Shown here piece after piece: positions 56,592 through 64,000 of a stretch of 64,000 nucleotides of DNA. Below the pieces are notes generated by a model that was given only the letters and a program-made list of their open reading frames with translations, searched no databases and was not told the origin of the DNA. This DNA is from Candidatus Woesearchaeota archaeon CG10_big_fil_rev_8_21_14_0_10_45_16 (GTDB taxonomy: Archaea; Nanobdellota; Nanobdellia; Woesearchaeales; GW2011-AR9), in the NCBI GenBank assembly GCA_002762785.1, contig PCXY01000005.1:392849-456848 (forward strand). The letters run 5' to 3'. The position numbers and the translations under genes are program-made. The stretch's first letter is position 1. Each line of letters starts with the position of its first letter.

Positions 56592-57338
56592 TTAAATCAT
56601 GATCTGATACCATTGGTACAAGACCCGATCGGCAGCTTTGGTGATGTCATACCCTTGTCCGGTGATCTTGATGCAGGTGCCGTTCAAGTCGATCCTTGCT
56701 TCTTCTCCCAATACAAATTCCACCACGGGAAGTCCTTGCGTGTTTTCACAGCTGACGATGGTGCGGTTGTCACAGATGCCGTTTTCTTCAGTACAGGAAC
56801 CGATCGGCCTGATACCGATACCTTGAGCCACGTTCATGCTTAACTCACCGACGGCAAGCGTGTAATACTTGTCGAAGACCATCGGATCTGTAGCGATATA
56901 AAGGTCGTCACTCTTGTAGAATTCAGCCTCTAATGAACCTGATACGGGGATATCTTCCAGATCGCGTGGACTAAAGTGAAGAGGGAACTTGACTGCTCTA
57001 TTAGCTCTGGTGACTTCTGTCCACCATAAACCGTCGATGTTGACGAAACTATATCCATTGTAGAGGTAGCCTTGTTCTTCAGGTAGTTTTCCTTCAAGAT
57101 TGGCTTGATGAAGCTCTTCTAAAGTCATCGGCACCGGTGCTGCGTACGCATTGTACAGCTTGAAGGCGGCGAAAGTCAGGACAAACAAGCCGATGATGAC
57201 TACCAAGGTCCAGATCAGCTTCTTGCTGTCCTCTTTGCTGTGGTCTTGAGGCGTCTCTTCGACCAGTCCTGGTTGGATATCGTCCATCTTCTGTTTTAAG
57301 CCGGACCCATTTAAGAAGGTTGTGGTTTTTTGCTCCAT
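56592..57338 (-). CDS. Membrane-anchored extracellular hypothetical protein
   Basis: Single N-terminal TM after a charged leader; Cys-containing ectodomain. Confidence 0.45.
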   Translation of the reverse strand: MEQKTTTFLNGSGLKQKMDDIQPGLVEETPQDHSKEDSKKLIWTLVVIIGLFVLTFAAFKLYNAYAAPVPMTLEELHQANLEGKLPEEQGYLYNGYSFVNIDGLWWTEVTRANRAVKFPLHFSPRDLEDIPVSGSLEAEFYKSDDLYIATDPMVFDKYYTLAVGELSMNVAQGIGIRPIGSCTEENGICDNRTIVSCENTQGLPVVEFVLGEEARIDLNGTCIKITGQGYDITKAADRVLYQWYQIMI

Positions 57339-58443
57339 CTTCGTTTTCTCCGCTACTTTTTTAAAACAGCCCTCTGCTAAGAGCCGTATGGACTTCCTGC
57401 AAAAGATCAGAGATAATAATGCTACTCATGTAGTGAGTAAAGCAGAGTTGGAGCCCTTGTTGATGGAAGCGCAGAAAGTTTTCCGCCAGCATTTCTCTTT
57501 AGAAGCCAATTTTGAGCGTTCCGTCTTCATCAACTGGACCTGCGCCATCGCCGATTGCCAGTACTGCTACCTTTCTACCAAGCCGAAACATGATCCCAGG
57601 CAGGAAGCCAAAGCTGTCCGCAGTCAGGAATCGATCCTGGCGGAAGTGCTATTGTGCCGGCTGATGGGCTGGAAGATCGGTTACATCACTGGCGGTCTGC
57701 GGGTAGAATCAGTTGAATACCTGAAAGACCTTATCAGCAAGATCAACGCTATCAACGGGGAGAAGATCATGATGAACTTCGGCCCTTACGCGCATTCTGA
57801 GATCGACAAGCTGAAACCGGTCGTCTCCGGGATGGGTTCGGCCATCGAATCGTTTGATGAAGAACTGCACAATTTCATCTGTCCGTCCAAGCCCCTCCGT
57901 GTTCTTCTGAAGTTTCTGGAGAACGTCAAGAGAGAAGGCTTGCAGAAGCTGATCACCATCATCTTAGGCATCGGCGAGAAGAAAAGCGACGTCGATATCG
58001 TCATCGAGAAGATAAAAGAATATGATATCGAGAAGATCCAGCTATGTTTCCTCAAGCCGCAGGAGAATACCATATTCGACGAAGTGCCTTCTCCTAACCC
58101 TGATTACATGGCTTGGTGGATCGCCCGTATCCGTGTTGCCTGTCCTGAGGTCATCATCAAAGTCGCCCTAGTCAGGGATCGCATCAGCGATGTCTCATTA
58201 TATCTGGAAGCTGGGGCCAACGGTTTCAGCCGCTTCATGATCTTCAACGATTTTAATTCGGAATATGCTGTTGAACTAGAACAAGGCTGCCGGAAGGCTG
58301 GAAGGAAACTGCAAGGCTGTTTCACGTCACTGCCAGAGCTGGATCTGGAAAAAGAAGTTGCGGGATTGCCGTTCGATAATCTGTTGAAAGAGAAAATATT
58401 ACTGAAACTGAAACAGTACTATGCCAAGTTGGAACGGAAATGA
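57322..58443 (+). CDS. Radical SAM-like protein with non-canonical CX4CX2C motif
   Basis: NWTCAIADCQYC, ITGG (GGE-like) and SIESFDEELH (ribose motif-like), suggesting a BioB/HydE-type TIM barrel. Confidence 0.4.
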   Translation: MVFCSIFVFSATFLKQPSAKSRMDFLQKIRDNNATHVVSKAELEPLLMEAQKVFRQHFSLEANFERSVFINWTCAIADCQYCYLSTKPKHDPRQEAKAVRSQESILAEVLLCRLMGWKIGYITGGLRVESVEYLKDLISKINAINGEKIMMNFGPYAHSEIDKLKPVVSGMGSAIESFDEELHNFICPSKPLRVLLKFLENVKREGLQKLITIILGIGEKKSDVDIVIEKIKEYDIEKIQLCFLKPQENTIFDEVPSPNPDYMAWWIARIRVACPEVIIKVALVRDRISDVSLYLEAGANGFSRFMIFNDFNSEYAVELEQGCRKAGRKLQGCFTSLPELDLEKEVAGLPFDNLLKEKILLKLKQYYAKLERK

Positions 58444-58685
58444 GATCAGCTACTATTGAAGACTTGGAAGCCCGTCTGGAACGGGGGGCCTGGAAGACGC
58501 CAGCCATGTTGATGGATGAACTGACAAAAGCAGATCTTGATCCTTCCCGGCTGAATGTTCATCTCTATCTGGCCCAAGGTTATCGAGAGAGAAGATTAGA
58601 ACGGGAGCAGATGGGGGAAGTAGAAGGTTTTCCTACTTATGCCTATCGCCTTTCGATGAAAGGGGCGCAGCTGAACTTATTCTGA
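58440..58685 (+). CDS. Small hypothetical protein (ATGA-coupled to upstream gene)
   Basis: 81-aa ORF whose start overlaps the stop of the radical SAM-like gene. Confidence 0.35.
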   Translation: MRSATIEDLEARLERGAWKTPAMLMDELTKADLDPSRLNVHLYLAQGYRERRLEREQMGEVEGFPTYAYRLSMKGAQLNLF

Positions 58686-59528
58686 GATCTTCTTCAGCAG
58701 CATCTCTACCGGATCGACGCACTGTTTGCGGAAGGAATCTTCACCCTGAGCAGCTACGTGTTCGGTCAGGATGATGTTGCCTTCTTTCAGTTCTGCTTTG
58801 AGTTCATCAGAATAGACGTCTAACCCGACGCCGCGGAATTTCCCCTGTTGGTATGCTTCGATCAGGCCATTTTCTTCGATGATTTCAGCTCGGGACGTAT
58901 TCACAAAGAAAACTCCCTGTTTCATCTTGCTGAAACTTTCTTTATTGACCAGATTTTGAGTGTATCTGTTGAGCGGAACATGGACGGTGATGATATCAGC
59001 GTTCAGGACCTCATCCATGGTTTTCATCTCCACGTTCAGTTCTTTCAGTACTTCAGGACTCTGTTCGATGACATCAAAAGCTATCACCTTTGCTTCAAGA
59101 CCTAATAACTTTTTAGCTACTATCTTACCGATCATCCCGAAGCCGAGGATGCCGATGGTCTTGCCTTTGATTTCGGCAAACGGTCTTTTAACGTCTTCAC
59201 GTAATAATGAGAGTATCAGATATAATGTATGTTCGGCGACGCTGTTGGCATTGCTGCCGGGGCATTGGATCAGTTCAATGTTACGTTGTTTCAATTCGTT
59301 TAGGTCGATATTATCCGTTCCCACGCTGCAGCTGACGACGAATCTTAATTGGGGAAATTTCTCTATCTCTCCTTTTTTGAACCGGGTAAATGTTCTTAGT
59401 ACGACGGATTCCACTTCGGGGAAAGAGTCTTGCTGGTAGAATTGTTCATTTTCCATCTGCTGCAAGCCTGTCTTCTGCAGCAGTTCTTCTGCATCCGGGT
59501 GCAGCTTGCCGATAAGGAGTGTTTTCAT
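58677..59528 (-). CDS. D-isomer-specific 2-hydroxyacid dehydrogenase family (glycerate/phosphoglycerate dehydrogenase-like)
   Basis: NAD-binding GILGFGMIGKIVAKKL; catalytic R/E/H region. Confidence 0.8.
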   Translation of the reverse strand: MKTLLIGKLHPDAEELLQKTGLQQMENEQFYQQDSFPEVESVVLRTFTRFKKGEIEKFPQLRFVVSCSVGTDNIDLNELKQRNIELIQCPGSNANSVAEHTLYLILSLLREDVKRPFAEIKGKTIGILGFGMIGKIVAKKLLGLEAKVIAFDVIEQSPEVLKELNVEMKTMDEVLNADIITVHVPLNRYTQNLVNKESFSKMKQGVFFVNTSRAEIIEENGLIEAYQQGKFRGVGLDVYSDELKAELKEGNIILTEHVAAQGEDSFRKQCVDPVEMLLKKISE

Positions 59529-59581
59529 GGTCTGGACGGCTGGAGGTTCTTTTATAAAATTAATGGAAACGTATTCAACCC

Positions 59582-60367
59582 CTATTCGGCCTTGGCCAGT
59601 GATCCGGATACTTTCGCTTTTTCCAAGGCTCTGGCAGCGATAAAAGCGGCGACAATGAGGAAGACGATACTCACTATCAATGAATAGAGCAGGCTGTAGT
59701 AGTCGATCGGCTGTCCGGCGATGCTGGCCCGCAGCTGTTCAAAGACATGGGTAGTCGGCAGCAGGATGGCTATCTTGGCCGCCCAGGAAGGCAGCGAGCT
59801 CAGCGGGTAGAACACGCAGCTGAAAGGCTGGATGATCCAGATGGTGCTCCAGGCTAACACCTGTAGCCTTGTCCCGTAGCGGAAGATGAAGGAACTTACC
59901 AGCAGGCCGACAGCCCAGGCAAAGAGGAACAAGATGCTGACGAACATGATGAAATGTAGCAGGTTGAAAGCGAAGACGTTAAACTGGTACAGCAGAAAGC
60001 TGACTACAGCCATCGTCAGGAAAGCTGCTAAGGACCGGATGATGCCCAGGAAAAACAACGAGGCGACAATCTCGCTGAACTGGACCGGGGAAGAGAACAG
60101 GTGGTAGACACTTCTCGACCAGAAACTTTCCAGGATGTAGACGACCATGTCCTGGCTGGACCTCCAGATGAAGATCCACAGTACGATGCCACCGAGGATA
60201 GTGTTAAGGACATTATACTCAGACAATCCCTGGATGTAGAAAGTCATGAATCCCCAGATGAACAGGTCCATGATCGGCCAGTAGAAGACATCAAACAGCC
60301 GGTCCAGACTATCTATCGAAAAATAATAATAGTTCAGGATCAACGCTTTTATTCTATGGAGTTTCAT
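59582..60367 (-). CDS. ABC-2 type transporter permease
   Basis: Six TM helices; stop overlaps the ATPase gene start. Confidence 0.7.
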   Translation of the reverse strand: MKLHRIKALILNYYYFSIDSLDRLFDVFYWPIMDLFIWGFMTFYIQGLSEYNVLNTILGGIVLWIFIWRSSQDMVVYILESFWSRSVYHLFSSPVQFSEIVASLFFLGIIRSLAAFLTMAVVSFLLYQFNVFAFNLLHFIMFVSILFLFAWAVGLLVSSFIFRYGTRLQVLAWSTIWIIQPFSCVFYPLSSLPSWAAKIAILLPTTHVFEQLRASIAGQPIDYYSLLYSLIVSIVFLIVAAFIAARALEKAKVSGSLAKAE

Positions 60368-61320
60368 CTTTTTTCGATACCTGTCTCTTTGGTACTGTTA
60401 AGATTTTGATCTTTCTTTGATCTTTGGATGAAATAATCTTCCAGCGTCGGCTTGCTGAGATGCATATCGTCAAAAGCGACGCCTTTCTTCACGAACTGTT
60501 CCAGGAGAGGGTAGATGATCTTCTCTCGGTTTTGGATGGTGAACTCCAAGATATTTTTCTTTTTCTCGAAGCTGATGTTATTCTCTCTGAGGATCTGCTG
60601 GGCTTTGTTGATCTGGCGGGAGAAATGCAGCCTGACGGTCTGTGTCTCCAGTTCTTTCAGCAGTTCCTCAGCTTTCCCCGGATTGCTGATCTTGCCGTCG
60701 TACATGAAAGCTATGCGGTCGCACATCTCTTCAACTTCCTGCATGTAATGGGAGGTAAAGATGATGGTGCAGCCGGTCTCTTTATTGTATCTTCGCAGAT
60801 AGTCTCTGACGATCTCTGCCACATCAGGATCTAATCCCACGGTGCACTCGTCAAGGAACAGCAGTTCCGGATCGTTGAGCAGCGCTTTCACCAATACTAC
60901 TCTGGTCCGTTCGCCGGAGCTTAAAGAATGGACCTTGGTCTTGAAGCGGTGAGATATCATGAATCTCTCAGATAATTCTTCGATCTTCTTTTTTCTGTTT
61001 TTGATATTGTAGATGCGGGCGTAGACTTCCAGGTTCTGTCTCACGGTCAGGTTGGTGCTTAGGCTGTAGTAGGCTGTGGCCACGTTGAAACGATTCTTGA
61101 TCTCTTCTTCGTTCTTGAAGAAATCCTTGCCAAAGATGGTTATTTTTCCAGAATCCGGTCTTAGCAGGCCGGTGAGGATATTGATGGTCGTGGATTTGCC
61201 GGCGCCGTTCACACCCAGCAGTCCGAAGATCTCGCCTTTCTTGACGCTGAATGAGATATTGTTTACGGCAGTGACTCCGGGAAACGTTTTCTTTAGGTTC
61301 TTGACGACGACGGTATCCAT
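60364..61320 (-). CDS. ABC transporter ATP-binding protein
   Basis: Walker A GVNGAGKSTT, signature LSSGERTRV, Walker B LFLDECTVGLD. Confidence 0.85.
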   Translation of the reverse strand: MDTVVVKNLKKTFPGVTAVNNISFSVKKGEIFGLLGVNGAGKSTTINILTGLLRPDSGKITIFGKDFFKNEEEIKNRFNVATAYYSLSTNLTVRQNLEVYARIYNIKNRKKKIEELSERFMISHRFKTKVHSLSSGERTRVVLVKALLNDPELLFLDECTVGLDPDVAEIVRDYLRRYNKETGCTIIFTSHYMQEVEEMCDRIAFMYDGKISNPGKAEELLKELETQTVRLHFSRQINKAQQILRENNISFEKKKNILEFTIQNREKIIYPLLEQFVKKGVAFDDMHLSKPTLEDYFIQRSKKDQNLNSTKETGIEKR

Positions 61321-61372
61321 GTTACTGCAAAATAAAATTGAGTATATAAAGATTGGGTCATCAAAAAAATGA

Positions 61373-61458
61373 AGCCTCTGGAGGGAATTGAACCCTCGAC
61401 CTGCGCTTCTCTCTGGGATACATACGAGAGCGCCGCTATACCGCTAAGCCACAGAGGC
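61373..61458 (-). tRNA. tRNA-Thr(CGU) with 14-nt canonical intron
   Basis: Acceptor GCCUCUG/CAGAGGC, anticodon arm GCGCU-CUCGUA/intron/A-AGCGC, intact T-arm GAGGG-UUCAAUU-CCCUC, discriminator U. A T7 terminator follows and a TATA-like element lies about 25-35 nt upstream. Confidence 0.7.
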
Positions 61459-61562
61459 ATAAGTTCGCAAGGAATGGCCGTATTTTTTAAAAGTATCTCT
61501 ACCAAAACCGGTAATCACTATTAAGGGATAAATTTAAATAAAAAAGGCTTGTTTACTATGCT

Positions 61563-62141
61563 ATGAATAAAGTAGAAAGGCCGATAACTTTAGAACCGGT
61601 AAAAATACATCTCTTGAGAAGAAGCAGAAAAGCTCCGTTAGAGTTAGGCGATGATCTTGAAGACCTCGCTGAAGCTCTCGATTACTCTTTAGCAGCTTTC
61701 TATCGTAGGGAAGGGGATGTTCTTAGAAGCGATACCAAAACAGAGAGTCGCTATCTTAATCATTGTAATGAAGCGGTAAGAGTTTTTGGATCTGTTCTTC
61801 GGGAACAAGAACTCTTCGCAGATTTTCCTGATGCAAGATATCTAGAACTACGAAGTGATGGCCCATTCAATAAACATTATGGTGATTTCCATAGCGTTGG
61901 TCTGGTTATAACTGATGGATTATATTTGGCTATCGACTTGACGCACAACGATCACAATCATATAAATCCGATGAGAACAGCAATCTTTCAGGCGTCTGAA
62001 GAAAGAGCTCTTTTTGGTCTATTATCCCATTATTATGGGGGAATATGGAGACCAGAAGCAATTTATCATCCAGTATCAGGAAAATTTCCTTGGGCCGATG
62101 GAAAAGATATAGCTACTCTTTGTGATAGCGTCTTACCCTAA
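61563..62141 (+). CDS. Hypothetical protein (192 aa)
   Basis: Clean ORF; no family recognised. Confidence 0.4.
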   Translation: MNKVERPITLEPVKIHLLRRSRKAPLELGDDLEDLAEALDYSLAAFYRREGDVLRSDTKTESRYLNHCNEAVRVFGSVLREQELFADFPDARYLELRSDGPFNKHYGDFHSVGLVITDGLYLAIDLTHNDHNHINPMRTAIFQASEERALFGLLSHYYGGIWRPEAIYHPVSGKFPWADGKDIATLCDSVLP

Positions 62142-62298
62142 GTTTTTTACCATCTCTTCCTTCGTGGTAAACTTCTTCTGGCACTCGAAACAGACCGGAT
62201 ACTGCTTAGAAGAGCCTGCTTTCTTGATGATCGTGCCTTTAAGCTTCTCTAAGAACAGTTCCGGAATCTTGTTGCTGCAGATGCTGCATTTGCTCATA
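62134..62298 (-). CDS. Small Zn-ribbon protein (about 54 aa, unlisted ORF; coordinates approximate +/-2 nt)
   Basis: MSKCSICSNK...PVCFECQKKF: two CxxC pairs. Confidence 0.3.
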
Positions 62299-62350
62299 TC
62301 TTGTAAAGAAAAGGTTTATTTTTTAAATTCTTCCCATTTTAACAGGTAAA

Positions 62351-64000
62351 ATGAGAAAAAGGATCGCGGTCATCGATCGCAACAAGTGTCATCCGGACGA
62401 GTGCGGCAATTATCTCTGCGCTAAATTGTGTCCCGTCAACCGTTCGGGAGCTGATTGCATCTATCCGGGAGATGATCAGGGAAAGAAAGCCAGGATCGAT
62501 GAGTTTCTCTGTACCGGCTGCGGGATCTGTCCCAACAGATGCCCGTTCGGGGCCATCAGTATCATCAACCTGCCGGAGACCCTTAACAAGGATCCGGTCC
62601 ATAGGTATGGTGAGAATATGTTTGAACTCTATTCTCTGCCCAGCCCTCTCTTTGGACAGGTTACAGGCATCTTAGGAAAGAACGGGATCGGCAAATCTAC
62701 GGCTTTGAAGATCATGGCCAATGTTTTGCAGCCGAACCTTGGAAGATGGAAAGAAATTCCTGATTTTAAGGAAGTCATCAATTATTTCAAAGGCACGGAG
62801 ACGCAGAAATTCCTGGAGAAACTGCATAAGAATGAGATTCATCTCTCTTACAAGCCGCAACAAGTTGATCTAATCCCGAAACAGTTTTCAGGAACAGTCC
62901 GTCAATTGTTAGAGAAGATCGACCAGAACAAGAAACTGGCTGAGATTGCCGTAAAACTAGAACTAGAACATTTCTTGGATACAGACATCAGCATGATCTC
63001 CGGGGGAGAATTGCAGCGGGTGGCTATCGCCGCAACCGTCTTGAAAGGCGCCAACCTGTTCCTGTTCGACGAGCCGTCTTCTTACCTGGATATCAAGCAG
63101 CGGGTCAATATCTCACAGTTTATCCGCTCGTTAGCCAACGATGATACGGCCACGTTAGTCATCGAGCACGACTTGATTATCCTTGACTATATGACCGACC
63201 TGTTGAACATCATGTATGGTCATGAGGGAGCGTATGGTATCGTTTCCGGAGTAAAGTCATCACGGGAAGGTATCAACGCCTTCCTGGAAGGGTATCTGAA
63301 AGAAGAAAACGTGCGTTTCCGAAACCATCACATCAAGTTTGAGAAGACCAGAGAGAACAAAGGCGCACTGCCTGTCCCTTTGATATCCTGGCCGCTGCTG
63401 AAGAAAGTCCAGGGAAATTTCACGCTGCGAGCGGAAGCCGGTGAATTGCATAAGAACGAAGTGGTCGGTATCCTCGGCGAGAACGGTATCGGCAAAACTT
63501 CATTTATCAAAGTTCTGGCCGGCCTGATCAAGCCAGATGAAGGTGTGATCGATGCCACGGTAAAAGTTGCCTACAAGCCGCAGTATCTGGAAACAGACTC
63601 TGAGATGACTGTCGGCGAGTTCCTGATCGAAGCCGTTGCTCATTACGGTAAGCAGCTGGTAGAACCGCTGAACCTGGAATCATTGTTCTCGCAGAAATTG
63701 TCAGAACTTTCTGGTGGTCAGCTACAGAGGGTGTCCATCGCTAAATGCCTGTCGCAGCAAGCGGAACTCTTTCTATTAGACGAACCGTCTGCGTATCTTG
63801 ACGTCGAGCAAAGGTTATTGATCTCGAAGGTTATCAACAATGTGGTGCAGGAACGGGATGTGACTATCTTAGTTGTCGATCACGACTTGCTGTTCCTCGA
63901 TTATATCTCTGACAGGCTGATCGTCTTCTCCGGCCAGCCGGCTAAAGAAGGATTGTTGAAAGGACCGTTCAACATGGAAGAAGGCATGAATCTTTTCTTA
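62351..64000 (+). CDS. abce1: ABCE1 (RNase L inhibitor / ribosome recycling ATPase), 3'-partial
   Basis: N-terminal FeS domain (CHPDECGNYLCAKLCP ... CTGCGICPNRCP) followed by twin ABC cassettes (GKNGIGKST; SGGELQR; GENGIGKTS; SGGQLQR). Confidence 0.9.
   Translation, partial: MRKRIAVIDRNKCHPDECGNYLCAKLCPVNRSGADCIYPGDDQGKKARIDEFLCTGCGICPNRCPFGAISIINLPETLNKDPVHRYGENMFELYSLPSPLFGQVTGILGKNGIGKSTALKIMANVLQPNLGRWKEIPDFKEVINYFKGTETQKFLEKLHKNEIHLSYKPQQVDLIPKQFSGTVRQLLEKIDQNKKLAEIAVKLELEHFLDTDISMISGGELQRVAIAATVLKGANLFLFDEPSSYLDIKQRVNISQFIRSLANDDTATLVIEHDLIILDYMTDLLNIMYGHEGAYGIVSGVKSSREGINAFLEGYLKEENVRFRNHHIKFEKTRENKGALPVPLISWPLLKKVQGNFTLRAEAGELHKNEVVGILGENGIGKTSFIKVLAGLIKPDEGVIDATVKVAYKPQYLETDSEMTVGEFLIEAVAHYGKQLVEPLNLESLFSQKLSELSGGQLQRVSIAKCLSQQAELFLLDEPSAYLDVEQRLLISKVINNVVQERDVTILVVDHDLLFLDYISDRLIVFSGQPAKEGLLKGPFNMEEGMNLFL

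Noticed and set aside
1-64000. CRISPR array or cas operon to go with the Cas4-like gene
   Set aside because: No regularly spaced direct repeats of 24-40 nt and no cas1/cas2/cas3/cas10 were seen anywhere in the window.

Overview
The window is a compact, gene-dense archaeal chromosomal segment of roughly mid-40s % GC. Archaeal identity rests on aIF-1A, aIF5B, aEF-1beta, archaeal-type DnaG primase, topoisomerase VI A/B, Hef helicase-nuclease, Rio1 kinase with Dim2/KH, NIP7, ABCE1, geranylgeranyl reductase, and tRNAs with splice-type introns. It mixes information-processing genes (GyrA, Top6A/B, DnaG, Hef, TrpRS, Trm1, RtcA) with membrane and surface proteins. Four tRNA genes with introns were found by eye: Cys, Arg, Trp and Thr. 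Cys, Arg and Trp each appear to carry a second, non-canonical intron inserted in the T-loop. The most interesting candidate for an undescribed system is a co-directional pair at 26049-28094 lying 85 bp downstream of and co-directional with dnaG (gap 25964-26048): a HerA/FtsK-like P-loop ATPase followed 18 bp later by a stand-alone class III nucleotidyl-cyclase-like protein with intact catalytic motifs. Other notable items are a bacterial-type signal peptidase II (LspA) next to lipobox-bearing secreted proteins, a stand-alone Cas4-like nuclease with no CRISPR array, a RelE/ParE toxin with an unannotated 52-aa upstream ORF, a 660-bp divergent non-coding region upstream of dnaG, and a cluster of four very large surface proteins. 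No CRISPR array, rRNA or obvious transposase was seen.
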